Shown here piece by piece: positions 1 to 10,783 of a DNA stretch of 64,000 bases. The notes beneath the pieces were generated by a model, which saw only the letters and a program-made list of their open reading frames with translations, had not been told where the DNA came from and did no database searches. Origin of the DNA: Patescibacteria group bacterium. Its GTDB lineage: Bacteria; Patescibacteriota; Patescibacteriia; UBA1558; GWA2-36-10. Both the position numbers and the translations under genes were made by a program. The stretch covers positions 222,448-286,447 of the forward strand of contig JBAYIQ010000001.1 of NCBI GenBank assembly GCA_041665545.1, read 5' to 3'. Numbering within the stretch: the first letter of the stretch is position 1; each line of letters opens with the position of its first letter.

Positions 1-2
1 TT

Positions 3-3000
3 TAAATTATTATACGCAGGAGCAACAAACCCTATAAAATCTCTGGACTCACCTGCCCGTGCAGTTTGCGAGTTAAAATCATTTCCAGGGGCTTGAGCTA
101 CGGGTATCCCAAATAAAAACGATGAGGCTATTGCGCTAAGTATAACCGGAACCCAAAATATCTCACCATTATCATCAGTATACTTCAGGGGGTTATTCAC
201 TACATAACTATAGCTATTCAGGTTCTGTGGATCAGATAAATGAACCCCTATATTACGATTATATTTTTCTTTAAATTCATCTGAATTATATAATATCAAG
301 TTAGCAGGATCAAGTGATATGAATCTGCCCAACTGATTATCATTATACCTCGCCCCATAATACTGCAGATTATTCTCTTCATCCGCCTCTTTGCCAGTGA
401 AAGTATAATCATCTTTTAAATCAATGAGCTTATTATCATAGTTAATACTACCAAATGGCTTGTAATCTGACAATTGGGCAGAAGTACCAGTACTATCAGT
501 CAGTATGGAGCTAGAATTTAAATGATCCGAGAGTAAATAATAAGGATTATCATTATTATTGACTGTGGCCAGTTTAATCTCATTGAGATAAACATGTGAC
601 TTAGTCTGAGAATTCAAATTCTTTTCAAAATATTTATCCACATATTCATCTTTAGCTATCACTTGCCATTCCCAGTGGCCCACGCCGTCTAGCTCTGCTC
701 CACCATCAAGCGAAACTCGAGACAAACTATCCCGACCACTATTCTTTATGCCATCTTGTTCAATTTCTGGATCTACATAGACATAATCTTCTGTCCATTT
801 GATAAACCTCTGGTTGTTGTGGTCATACTTGTAGTAAGTATTGTTGGCTGTTGCTATATCATGAGTGCTGGCCAGTCTATTTCTATAATCCCAAGTGAAT
901 TTGGTAATACCACCGTTTCTGGTCATATTACCAGCCGTATCATAGACAAAGTTTCTGGTGCCATAAGAACTCAACTGATGCGGCTGACCATTGGCGTAGT
1001 TTAAGGTGCCTAAGTCAGAGTTGGAAGTCATGTTGCCAATACTGTCATAAGTGAAGCTTTGGGTGTAGTTTTTGTCTGGATGATTGGTATAGCTGACTGT
1101 AGCAGACAGCAACCTATTTAAATCATCATAAATATAGCTAGCTGATTTTTGTAGGTCAGTGTTGGCGTTGTCAATCAGAGTCAGAATATTACCAACCGGA
1201 TCATAAGTATAATTCAAATCCTGCAAAGTTGAGGTAGCAGTGGCTGATAGTATCCTAGTCAAACGAAAAGCTTGGGCTGGATCATAAGTGTAGTCAGTAA
1301 CAACATTATTGGCTCTTTCAATATGAGTCATTTGGCCATTTTGATTGTACTGAATATTGGAAGCGACAATGCTGGCTCCTTGACCCTGATCTAAACTTAC
1401 TTCGTCCACCTGGCCCATGGCATTAAAACCATAAGTCACAACCTTGCCATCTGGATAGACTATTTCCTTCAAGTTGCCATTCAAATCATAATCATAATTC
1501 ATGACAAATTTTTCAGTGACAATAGTGGTGGTAGCTGTTTTTAATCTACCCAAAATATCATAGTCATAGGACTTGTAACTGTCACTGCCATAATCAGCAA
1601 AAGTTAGTTGTCCAATATCGCCATTTTGATCATAAATATAGTTAATTTTAGTAACACTTGATAATTTTTCTGTCAGTGGTCGATTCAAGTCATCATAAGC
1701 GTAAGATATGGCGTCATTCTTGAAAGATGTTTCGGTCAACACATTACCATTTTTGTCATAAGTGTATTGAATCTTAGCGGGATTAGTCACTGATGTTTTG
1801 TGCACCATATCTTGCCACTCTAGATTGTCTAGGGCATCATAGCTAAAGTTCCTGATGTTGCCAGCTGAGTCAGTAATTTTTTTTAGTTTGTTAGTTAAAG
1901 TATATTCATAATTGGTGCTATAAATATTAGAGTCCAAATACTCTTTAACTTGTATTAAGTTGCCGTAAGCATCTTTAGTCAGTTCTTTAAAATTACCATT
2001 GGCATCGGTGATCTTAGTAGTAAAGCCATTGTAATCATAGCTAGTAGTGCCTACTGGTGTAGTTTCAGCTAAAACTCTACCCAAGGCATCGTAGGTGTAT
2101 ATTTTAGCAAGATAATTGGGATCTAAAATAATATTATAATTATTATAATAGTTAGAAATTTCTTGAGCTGTTTTGATTCTAGTGGTAATACCTACTTCAT
2201 CTATACTGCCATCAAAAAAATAACCAGGATTATCAGAATAATTTGCGCCAATAAGCAAATCAGCTTCTGAGGCTAATAAATCATTAGCGCCAGTATATTG
2301 CATGGTAGCTAAATGTTCTACGCCGTCAACATAAAATTTTACTTCTGGCACGCTTAAATCAGCTGTGGCTGCTATATAATGCCAACTATTTAGACTTAAA
2401 TCCACAGTATAACTGCCTTGCGAAGTACCATATGGGCTGTTGTTGTCATTCCAGCCAAACTCTAATTGTTTGGCATTATTTACGTTGTTATAGCCAAAAT
2501 GATAAGAGTTACCGTAATCCCAACCTCCAGCTCCTCCCCACTTAGAAACTATGCCCCAGTACTGTCCACTAGCAGGCAAACTTTCTAGTTTTACCCAAGC
2601 CTCTACTGTAAAATCACCAAAACCATCTAAGGCATCATTATCTGGCACACTCAAATATTGACCAGAATCTCTTTCTAAATCATAAGCTCCGTCTGTAATT
2701 TGGTTAAAACCTGACACTGATGTAGGTGAAGCATTTTCAGATAAATCAAAGGCTACTGTGCCTTCAGCATTATCTTTTTTTTCGGCTGAATTAAGCTGAC
2801 CATTCATGTGCCACAAAGCTAGGGTATCATTGTCAACTGTCAATTCCTGATGAATTTCAGAGATTACCGGATCAAAATTGGGCAAGGTGTATTCAATAGT
2901 ATCACTAATATAGGGTAAGGATTCGCTGGCTACTCTACCTTGTGAATCATAACTAATATCTACTGTAGCAAATTCATTTTGATTGGCTAAGTTATTTTTC

Positions 3001-6000
3001 TTTTGAATCACTCTGTCTAAACCATCATAATACTCACGAGAAGTGGTGTAACTATTAATATCAAAGTAGTCTTTAGTTTCTTTGTAACGAAAACGTGGGG
3101 CATCATCGCTATCTTGGTAATATAATTTAACAGCTACAGCATCCAAAGACCACGTACCAGCCCCAACACCCGATACTCTAAACGCTGAATAATAAATAGA
3201 AAAATTGTCAAAATCAAAATCCGTGACTGTCGGCATTATACCCCATAGATTCCCCCTTCCACCTAAGACCTTATTATCCCAGCCCAAAGAATAATTTGGA
3301 AATTCCGCTTCTGACCATCTACCATTACTGGCTGAATAGTATGATAATATAGTCATTTGATTTTCAATTTCAGTTTCTCTGTGCCTGATAAATACTTCTA
3401 GGCCTGTTATTTTAACATTATCGGGTAGACTAAAATTGAAACCTTCATAACTTTGTGTCTTAGTTTGACCGCCCTCTACCCTGGCTGAGGCGTAACTACC
3501 ATCAATAGCGTAAGCATTGCTAGGATTAGAAAAATAATTATCATGTAGACCAGTTTGGGTAGGATAAACCCAACCAGTATCACCCATGCCAACTAAAGAT
3601 TCATCGTAGTAATTTATCTCCTGCTTGGTGACTAAAGCACTTGGGCTATTAGGATCAGAAATTTTAGTTTTTACTAATCTACCGAAATTATCATACTCTT
3701 TGATTGTCATTGCTCCATTGGGGGCAGTAGAGGTTGCTATTTGACCATTTAAAATGTTGTAGTCGGTATAAGTGACATTGTTTAATGGATCTGTACTGCT
3801 TACTGGATATAAGTTATTACTATCATAGGCAATGGTGGTAGTAGCATTTTTAGGAGATATTTCTTGAGTTACTAAACCTAAGCTATTAAAATTTCTTTTT
3901 ATTTCTACGCCCTGCTCTATATAGTCTTCTTTGGTTAAGTTTACTTTATCAACTTCGCCTAAAAGCAGATTATCATAGTAAAGATCTTGCTGCTTGCTAT
4001 TTGTAATATCACTAATTACTTTTGTCTTAGGAGCGGATAAAATATGCTTAGTTTCATTCACCGCATATTCATAATTTGTATCTTTTTCATCGCCTGTCAA
4101 AATACTAACAATTTCTCCAGTGGAACTATTTAAAATAACCTCGCCCAAGTCATGTTTGGTATTTAAATTACCATTAGTAAGATCGTAATCGTTTCTGATA
4201 GCCACTGCCTGTTCGCTAGTTCCACTTAAATCAATTTTGGTATCCTCATAATCATAAACGAACTTACGACCATTATTTAAATCATTCTCCTGCCAAGTCA
4301 CAAATTCTTTGCTCAATAAATTGTCCTGCGCATCAAGTTGATCTATTTGTTTTATTTTACCATGCAGATAAAAATCATCATCTTTGGCTGTATGATAATA
4401 ATTAATATTTTTTTGTAAATCAGAATTAGTAGTGGAATTATCAATAGAATATCTAACATCACCCGGGTTGTAATAATATTCAGGAGTTGTGTTGCCCCTG
4501 ACAATTTCAGCATCAATTCTAATGCGACCAGCACTGGCATTTCCACCCGATCCACCAGCTCCGATGCCACCTAATCCACCTAAAGCATGAACCAAATTTT
4601 CTCCAATATTGGCTTCTTTGAAAGCTTTTAAATATATTGATCCGCCCGAACCGCCACCACCACCGCCAGTGTAGTACCAGTTATTCATTCCACCTATCAC
4701 GCCAGCAATACCATCTTCTCCGTCAGCATTTACTTCACCATTAATATCAATGTTATAGGCAAAAAGTTGGATAATACCACCACCATCACCGCCATCTCCA
4801 CCAGGAGTATAATAAGCACCATCGCCACTACCTCCGCCAGAGCCCATAAAAATCGGATCTAAATTGGGAAAGCCATAAGAAATACCAGCATCGCCACCAT
4901 CATCTCCGCCACCAGGAACACCAATGGTAGCATGACCAGCACCGCCACCGCCGGATTTAATAAAGTCACCAGTGTGTATTACCCCGCCACCAAAGCCAGT
5001 GCCTGTACCATTATTTGAACCGTCAGCAATGCCTAGGCCACCCAGATATCCTTTGCCTTTGGCATACAAAACACCATCAATAAGCGCATCTCCTTGCACC
5101 TTTATAATTACATCTGGTTCAACAGTAATAGTATGCCCGGCTAAAATATGCAGACTGCTAAAATTTTTATCAGTGGCCCAAGTATCATTGCCACTAGAAA
5201 CAAAATCACCGTCAATGCCAGTGCCTAAATCTATGTCTGGTCTAGCGTCACCCAAATGTTTTTCTACTTTGGCAAAACCATAAATGTCTTTTAAATTACT
5301 GTCTGGGTAACTGACAGTATTACCCTCACTATAATGGTATTGTTGACCTTGCCATTTATCCAAACCAGTGTCCAAAACCACTTCTTTTACCACCTGCATA
5401 TTAAAAGGCAGGTCTGGATTTTTTAAATTCCCGCCCTCATCTTTTTCATTAGCTGAATAATCATAATAAACCTGCAATTTAGCGCCTGATTGCTGATTAA
5501 TTTTCTCCAAAATATCAAGTTTTTCGCCTTGACCAATATAAATCTCTGAATAACTTAATCCTTCTGCTTCATAAGAATGCACTACATCTTGCACCTGATC
5601 TCCGTTAATATCGGCAATGGCTACTGGCAAACTATTCATAAAGTAATCACTATCTTCAAATGTGCCAGTATTAAAAATGACTTTACCCAGCAATGCCAGT
5701 TCGCCAGAAGAGCGCGGGTTATTGGGACCGTTCCATTTACTTCTAATGTATAACCCCGCATCAGAAGCTCCATCTTGATCAATGTCACTCAAATATCTAA
5801 CTTTCTGCAAAGCCGTAGAAATATAACTAAAATCATTCATAACAATGGGCGCGGAACCACCAACCAGCTCTACTAAAGCACTGCCATTGTTTAAATAAAC
5901 TGCTCCCCCATTATAACCCTCGCCAATACCACAATCATAACTATAAAAAATATCTGGTAAGTTATCACTATTTAAATCACTAAAGCCAAAAGGACTGCCA

Positions 6001-7802
6001 CCATTTTCAAAACAAGCTGGTGCAACATATGCTGTGATATTTATATTGTAATCACCATCTAAATTCCAACCCCCACTACCTGGATCTCTCATATATACCC
6101 GCACCTGTGTGCCTAAATGATCATGAATGAGATCATCATAGCCGTCATTGTTCATATCTTGAAAAATCACCGCATCCATCGGGCTGGGTGAAGATGATTG
6201 ATATAAAGAAACTGGCAAACCACCGCTTTGCTGACTCCAACCACTACCTGTATTAATATAATAATTATCGCTATCAGCTGTAGCCACCATATCTATCATG
6301 TGATCACCATTTAATTCCGCAAAGGCCACTGGTATGGAATAACTTATCAGGGTGCCCCGGCAAGTACCAGAAAAAGGAATACTAGTAGAATAAGCTGACG
6401 ATCGCCAGCCACCATTACCGTTATTTTCTGAAACATTAACATTGACAGTGTGTGACAGGTGATCGCAATACATATTAATATAGTCAGTATAACTATCATT
6501 ATTAAGATCAATAAACATGTCCCGCTTGGTATCAGCTAAAGCCACGTCTGACCCCAAAATAGCTGGAGCAGTATAATTTACGTCTAGTTGGTAACTTGTG
6601 CCTTGCTCACTATAATTAAAATCTACTTTATCTTTTATATCTTCTTGTCCGCCTTGGTAATATTTAGGAACAATGTTTTTCAATAAATAGCGATTGCCCT
6701 TGGTATTCAAACTAAAATCTAAAACATAGGAACTTGCTAAATTCCCATCAATTTTAACATCAATATTATCTAATAAATATTTGCTTTGCACCGCAAAACC
6801 AGTTTGGTAAGAAACAGGTGAAACATTATTGGCTATTGGCACGCCAGTGGCAAAAGGTTCAAAATTAACAGTAAAGATACCATCAGTTTCCCCGTGACCA
6901 GTGTAGTTTATTTTTTTCGGATAAATTTGACCTGAATCCTTGTAATATTCATATCGGATAAAATTATCATTAGTATCCCTCACTTCTTCCAACAACCATT
7001 TATAAATTCGACTAGAATTATTAGGGTCATCCTGCCGAGCGGTGGAATTAGCGCCGTAAGTATATTGTGTTCCTAATTTATCAGTAACTACCCATTTATT
7101 GCTACTGTCAAACTCTATTTTAGAAAAATCACTTTCTATAAGTTTGCCATAAATACCATAACCATTAGTATCAACGCTTACTGGTGTTAATTGGCTACCG
7201 TCCAAAACAAAATAATGCTCATCATAAATATTATTGACACCAGTACGATTTTCTCGACTGATGCTAGGCAATATTAGCTCCCAACCAAAACCCACAAAAG
7301 ATCCATGATCAGTTCGACGCTGATTATATTGCAATGATATATTGGGCTGTAAACCATTTCTGCCTGCTGGAATTTGAATAGGATAATTGTAGTTAAATGC
7401 GCCGGTAAATTCATCAACCTGGTATTCGCCTGTTTTATCCTTAGGTTGATTGCCAGCATTATCACGGTTGGCATACATGTCAGCTAAAATACCATTACCT
7501 TCCGTTTTTAAATTTTCCTCTTCTACGAGAGGCTTATCTATCTGTTGTTCATCGACTGGCAACAATTCAGGTACTAGTTCCGGCTTAACTTCCACCACAG
7601 GCGGATCAAGAGGAATTGGTTCCAAAACTGGACGATTTACCTCTTTTACTTTTTCATCTATTGGCAGTTGCATAGTTTCTGTGCTCGTATCAGAAATAAG
7701 CTCCTGCGCCGACACATACGGCGCTGGTAAAATATTTACCAGCAAAGTAATTAGCGTAAAAACGATTTTTATTTTTGTTTCAAGTCTTTTGCTTGATAAC
7801 AT
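3..7802 (-). CDS. Giant Rhs/YD-repeat protein (>2600 aa, 3' end outside window): Sec signal, SpvB-like domain, FG-GAP repeats, YD shell with inserted domains, Rhs core
   Basis: ATG at 7802. Spot-checked frame is consistent at 7281, 4941, 2811 and 3-200, and the ORF is absent from the track because it has no in-window stop. Motifs: FTGAFNYNYPIQIPAGRNGLQPNISLQY..GFGW, YDALGR/YDILGR, DHLNSSS, DPQNLNSYSYVVNNPLKYTDDNGE. Confidence 0.9.
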   Translation of the reverse strand, partial: MLSSKRLETKIKIVFTLITLLVNILPAPYVSAQELISDTSTETMQLPIDEKVKEVNRPVLEPIPLDPPVVEVKPELVPELLPVDEQQIDKPLVEEENLKTEGNGILADMYANRDNAGNQPKDKTGEYQVDEFTGAFNYNYPIQIPAGRNGLQPNISLQYNQRRTDHGSFVGFGWELILPSISRENRTGVNNIYDEHYFVLDGSQLTPVSVDTNGYGIYGKLIESDFSKIEFDSSNKWVVTDKLGTQYTYGANSTARQDDPNNSSRIYKWLLEEVRDTNDNFIRYEYYKDSGQIYPKKINYTGHGETDGIFTVNFEPFATGVPIANNVSPVSYQTGFAVQSKYLLDNIDVKIDGNLASSYVLDFSLNTKGNRYLLKNIVPKYYQGGQEDIKDKVDFNYSEQGTSYQLDVNYTAPAILGSDVALADTKRDMFIDLNNDSYTDYINMYCDHLSHTVNVNVSENNGNGGWRSSAYSTSIPFSGTCRGTLISYSIPVAFAELNGDHMIDMVATADSDNYYINTGSGWSQQSGGLPVSLYQSSSPSPMDAVIFQDMNNDGYDDLIHDHLGTQVRVYMRDPGSGGWNLDGDYNINITAYVAPACFENGGSPFGFSDLNSDNLPDIFYSYDCGIGEGYNGGAVYLNNGSALVELVGGSAPIVMNDFSYISTALQKVRYLSDIDQDGASDAGLYIRSKWNGPNNPRSSGELALLGKVIFNTGTFEDSDYFMNSLPVAIADINGDQVQDVVHSYEAEGLSYSEIYIGQGEKLDILEKINQQSGAKLQVYYDYSANEKDEGGNLKNPDLPFNMQVVKEVVLDTGLDKWQGQQYHYSEGNTVSYPDSNLKDIYGFAKVEKHLGDARPDIDLGTGIDGDFVSSGNDTWATDKNFSSLHILAGHTITVEPDVIIKVQGDALIDGVLYAKGKGYLGGLGIADGSNNGTGTGFGGGVIHTGDFIKSGGGGAGHATIGVPGGGDDGGDAGISYGFPNLDPIFMGSGGGSGDGAYYTPGGDGGDGGGIIQLFAYNIDINGEVNADGEDGIAGVIGGMNNWYYTGGGGGGSGGSIYLKAFKEANIGENLVHALGGLGGIGAGGSGGNASAGRIRIDAEIVRGNTTPEYYYNPGDVRYSIDNSTTNSDLQKNINYYHTAKDDDFYLHGKIKQIDQLDAQDNLLSKEFVTWQENDLNNGRKFVYDYEDTKIDLSGTSEQAVAIRNDYDLTNGNLNTKHDLGEVILNSSTGEIVSILTGDEKDTNYEYAVNETKHILSAPKTKVISDITNSKQQDLYYDNLLLGEVDKVNLTKEDYIEQGVEIKRNFNSLGLVTQEISPKNATTTIAYDSNNLYPVSSTDPLNNVTYTDYNILNGQIATSTAPNGAMTIKEYDNFGRLVKTKISDPNSPSALVTKQEINYYDESLVGMGDTGWVYPTQTGLHDNYFSNPSNAYAIDGSYASARVEGGQTKTQSYEGFNFSLPDNVKITGLEVFIRHRETEIENQMTILSYYSASNGRWSEAEFPNYSLGWDNKVLGGRGNLWGIMPTVTDFDFDNFSIYYSAFRVSGVGAGTWSLDAVAVKLYYQDSDDAPRFRYKETKDYFDINSYTTSREYYDGLDRVIQKKNNLANQNEFATVDISYDSQGRVASESLPYISDTIEYTLPNFDPVISEIHQELTVDNDTLALWHMNGQLNSAEKKDNAEGTVAFDLSENASPTSVSGFNQITDGAYDLERDSGQYLSVPDNDALDGFGDFTVEAWVKLESLPASGQYWGIVSKWGGAGGWDYGNSYHFGYNNVNNAKQLEFGWNDNNSPYGTSQGSYTVDLSLNSWHYIAATADLSVPEVKFYVDGVEHLATMQYTGANDLLASEADLLIGANYSDNPGYFFDGSIDEVGITTRIKTAQEISNYYNNYNIILDPNYLAKIYTYDALGRVLAETTPVGTTSYDYNGFTTKITDANGNFKELTKDAYGNLIQVKEYLDSNIYSTNYEYTLTNKLKKITDSAGNIRNFSYDALDNLEWQDMVHKTSVTNPAKIQYTYDKNGNVLTETSFKNDAISYAYDDLNRPLTEKLSSVTKINYIYDQNGDIGQLTFADYGSDSYKSYDYDILGRLKTATTTIVTEKFVMNYDYDLNGNLKEIVYPDGKVVTYGFNAMGQVDEVSLDQGQGASIVASNIQYNQNGQMTHIERANNVVTDYTYDPAQAFRLTRILSATATSTLQDLNYTYDPVGNILTLIDNANTDLQKSASYIYDDLNRLLSATVSYTNHPDKNYTQSFTYDSIGNMTSNSDLGTLNYANGQPHQLSSYGTRNFVYDTAGNMTRNGGITKFTWDYRNRLASTHDIATANNTYYKYDHNNQRFIKWTEDYVYVDPEIEQDGIKNSGRDSLSRVSLDGGAELDGVGHWEWQVIAKDEYVDKYFEKNLNSQTKSHVYLNEIKLATVNNNDNPYYLLSDHLNSSSILTDSTGTSAQLSDYKPFGSINYDNKLIDLKDDYTFTGKEADEENNLQYYGARYNDNQLGRFISLDPANLILYNSDEFKEKYNRNIGVHLSDPQNLNSYSYVVNNPLKYTDDNGEIFWVPVILSAIASSFLFGIPVAQAPGNDFNSQTARAGESRDFIGFVAPAYNNL

Positions 7803-7832
7803 AAGTTTATTATTAATTATTTAAAATATATA

Positions 7833-8534
7833 TTAATCAATAAATTTAAAACTATCTACCATGGCTTGGTCAAAAGTAATAGCGCCCTCTTTATCCCCCA
7901 AAAATCTATAATCCATCCCTAGCTCCACAAACATTATTTTATTTTTTTCTGGATAATACTTCATAACCGTTGAACTATTAATAAAACATCGCGATTCATC
8001 CCAATTCTTTCCATCGGAATGCACGACTATATCATAAACACCAACCTGAGCACTCTCTTTCTTTTCGTTGATTTGACACTGATCACCAGCACCACCATAA
8101 AATTCTTCGACAAGCCCATTTAAATCTTGACTATTAAAAATATTATTCTTGATTATGATCTTTAACGCAACATAATCTTGTGTTAAATCATTATTTCTTT
8201 TGATGCACTCCTTATTATCAATATCATAACTGTACGCTTGACCTACATAAATGACATTATCTTTGGCCAAAATTTTTGTTTCGACTGGAGCATATAAAGT
8301 GCGATAATTGCCGTCTATGAATTTACAAGCTCCATCTTGTATAAAAATTCTGTCTGGATATTTGAATTCCACACCAAATTCTTCATTGCGATAAGTTTGC
8401 CAATCTGGTTCAACTATATTTTGATTGTTAGAATAATTAGTATTTTTATTATTTTTTTGCAATACAACAATTACCAACATTAATAAAATTATGATTATGC
8501 TTAATAAAATTACTTTTTTATTGACTAAGTTCAT
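7833..8534 (-). CDS. Membrane-anchored hypothetical protein (N-terminal TM helix, WQTYRNEEFGVEFKYP segment)
   Basis: ORF track, 233 aa; hydrophobic N-terminus; lies between the two Rhs genes with 30 and 11 nt gaps. Confidence 0.8.
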   Translation of the reverse strand: MNLVNKKVILLSIIIILLMLVIVVLQKNNKNTNYSNNQNIVEPDWQTYRNEEFGVEFKYPDRIFIQDGACKFIDGNYRTLYAPVETKILAKDNVIYVGQAYSYDIDNKECIKRNNDLTQDYVALKIIIKNNIFNSQDLNGLVEEFYGGAGDQCQINEKKESAQVGVYDIVVHSDGKNWDESRCFINSSTVMKYYPEKNKIMFVELGMDYRFLGDKEGAITFDQAMVDSFKFID

Positions 8535-8545
8535 GATTTATATAA

Positions 8546-9736
8546 TTAAAATATTTTTCTAAAAAATTGCCTAGTGTCTTGCCACATTCTTTGGAAAAAA
8601 GATAACGATTGCGCTCTAGCTGACGGACCAATAGCCGAAACCTGGTTATTGGTGGCTGAAGTATTTTTATTTACCGGACTAAGCCAACCAGCCATAGGTA
8701 CATTCTTCTGTCTAATAACACTATAACCTTCCTCAGTTTTGTCAATATCATACCTAGATAAGGCTTTATTACTGGCATTTTGATCCATAATTTCTACATA
8801 ACCTTTGTTGGTCTGATTATCAAAATTAGCCTCGCTTACCACCATAACGTGGCCATATGGACCACTGGTCCAAAACAATAAATCTCCAGTTTGGGGTAAT
8901 AAAAATTCTTGACCATTATTGTGTTGAACTACGGTATAAATTGATCCAGCTTCTGCTAAATTTTTATTAATAGTGTCTACTATATTCCACATATTTTTAG
9001 CAGTGCCCACTGAACCAACATCATTTATGCCATAAACCTCTGACCAATAACGCTTGGCATACTCTACGCAACTACGAGCTTCGCGAGCGCTACCAATACC
9101 ATTGTAGTAAGCAGTCACACCATTGAACTGCCCCATTTCATCGCCAATCTGCCAGCCATTTTCCGGCATAGGATTGACAGTGGCTGTGGATAAGCCAAAA
9201 AAATCGATAAAGCTGATTGGATTATTGTAGGCGTAGCTGTAGCTGTTCAGGCCTTGGGGATTAGCCAAAACACTGCTCAAGTCACTCAACAATAAGGGAT
9301 CAATACTAGAAAATCTACCCAACAGCGGATCATAGTAGCGCTGGCCAAAATACTGCCAATCAGTTTCTTGATCATTCTCTTTGCCAATAAACTGACGTTG
9401 ATTATCGGCACCCCCAATTCGACACTGCAAAAGCCCAAATGATTGATAATCATTTTGTTCTTTTATATTGCCGTTTTGATCAAGCACCGCTGTTACCGAA
9501 CCCAAGTGATCGTACAGAAAATAATCTAGGGCCTGATTATTCATTTCAGCAATTTGCTGGCCGCCCAAAAATATTTTTACTTTGGTCTGGCCATTTTGAT
9601 CTACTTGAAAATATTGATCAATGTATTTTTCTTGATCAAGCACAATTTTTTGCACTGCCGCAAGGCTTGAATTTACTATTATCAAAGAACCGACTATTAG
9701 CATTACACCAACCCCAAAATTGCTTTTCTTTTTCAT
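8546..9736 (-). CDS. Secreted mini-Rhs: Rhs-associated core plus C-terminal CHAP (Cys/His amidohydrolase) domain
   Basis: Signal peptide; YDHLGSV, FIGKENDQETDWQYFGQRYYDPLLGRFSSIDP, NSYSYAYNNPISFIDFFG; CHAP motifs SCVEYAKRYW and GDLLFW..GPYGHVMVV. Confidence 0.85.
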   Translation of the reverse strand: MKKKSNFGVGVMLIVGSLIIVNSSLAAVQKIVLDQEKYIDQYFQVDQNGQTKVKIFLGGQQIAEMNNQALDYFLYDHLGSVTAVLDQNGNIKEQNDYQSFGLLQCRIGGADNQRQFIGKENDQETDWQYFGQRYYDPLLGRFSSIDPLLLSDLSSVLANPQGLNSYSYAYNNPISFIDFFGLSTATVNPMPENGWQIGDEMGQFNGVTAYYNGIGSAREARSCVEYAKRYWSEVYGINDVGSVGTAKNMWNIVDTINKNLAEAGSIYTVVQHNNGQEFLLPQTGDLLFWTSGPYGHVMVVSEANFDNQTNKGYVEIMDQNASNKALSRYDIDKTEEGYSVIRQKNVPMAGWLSPVNKNTSATNNQVSAIGPSARAQSLSFFQRMWQDTRQFFRKIF

Positions 9737-9776
9737 TTTGCCTAAAGTTCATAATTAAATGAACCTGTTTTTTATA

Positions 9777-10184
9777 TCATAAATTTAATATAACTTTTTT
9801 TATCTCTATTGGCTTCAAATCAATCTCTATCAAATTTTTCAACTCAATCCATTCTATTTTATAGGTACCAGTATAATGAAATCCCCTTTGCCATTCTGGA
9901 CCAGTGCCACTGCCCAAAGTGCCACTAATAATTTCACAGTTAAAAAAATACTCCCTTTGACCAAATGTTTCTGGTTTCTGAGAAAGCATTTCATGTAATA
10001 ACTCTTTGACCTTTACTTGGACGCCTAATTCTTCCTGGCATTCTCTAAGCAAGGCAAATTCATTAACTTCACCATTTTCTACTTGGCCACCCGGCAAAAC
10101 CCAATAAACAAGACCTTCCTTTTTTCTTTTTATCAAAAGGATCTTTTGGTCTTGTATTATTATGGCTCGGACGCGAGTGGGCAT
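9777..10184 (-). CDS. NUDIX hydrolase
   Basis: Nudix box PGGQVENGEVNEFALLRECQEELG. Confidence 0.9.
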   Translation of the reverse strand: MPTRVRAIIIQDQKILLIKRKKEGLVYWVLPGGQVENGEVNEFALLRECQEELGVQVKVKELLHEMLSQKPETFGQREYFFNCEIISGTLGSGTGPEWQRGFHYTGTYKIEWIELKNLIEIDLKPIEIKKVILNL

Positions 10185-10190
10185 ATATAA

Positions 10191-10772
10191 TTATTTTTTA
10201 AACACTAAATTTTTTTCTTCTTCTATTCCCATCTTTTTACAATAGTCTTGATAGACTCGACGATAAGCAATGGTAATCCTTTCTTTATCTTCTAATCCTA
10301 ATTTTTTTATCATCTGATCTATTTCTTCCTTCTGTCCTTCTATCTCCATATAGCAACCGAAGGGCAAGGTGTCTATAACTATGCTTAAGTTGGCCCACTC
10401 TTTACTCTCCCAAGTTTGCCTGTACTTTTCATCAATCAGCACCTCGGTCAAACCAAGGATGGCCAACATTTTGACTAATTCTTCGGCATCTTCCACCCAA
10501 ATTTCATGTTCTTCTCTTTGAAAAAATTTCATTTCTCTGTCATCTACACCTTTTTGTTCTACCGGCTTAACCTTGATTGTAAATCTAGTTTTATCACCCT
10601 CAATTCTTACTCTGGGATATATGCCTTTTTTGAATAATCCCTCATTGGGAGTGGTTACCAAATAAGTTTTGTGAAAAACGGAATCTTTGACTGACCAACC
10701 TAAGTATTGCAATTTTTCTTGCACTTCCTCTTTATTATCTAGGCAAATTTTTATTTCTATTTCTTTGTTCAT
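10191..10772 (-). CDS. CYTH-domain protein (class IV adenylate cyclase/triphosphate tunnel enzyme family)
   Basis: N-terminal EIEIK, REEHE, KYR, YMEIEG. Confidence 0.85.
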   Translation of the reverse strand: MNKEIEIKICLDNKEEVQEKLQYLGWSVKDSVFHKTYLVTTPNEGLFKKGIYPRVRIEGDKTRFTIKVKPVEQKGVDDREMKFFQREEHEIWVEDAEELVKMLAILGLTEVLIDEKYRQTWESKEWANLSIVIDTLPFGCYMEIEGQKEEIDQMIKKLGLEDKERITIAYRRVYQDYCKKMGIEEEKNLVFKK

Positions 10773-10783
10773 ATATCAAGAAA

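Noticed and set aside
756-7824. Short ORFs inside the Rhs gene (756-1004, 4352-4570, 4972-5283, 7274-7474, 7450-7824)
   Set aside because: Antisense or out-of-frame shadows of the giant Rhs ORF; no motifs.
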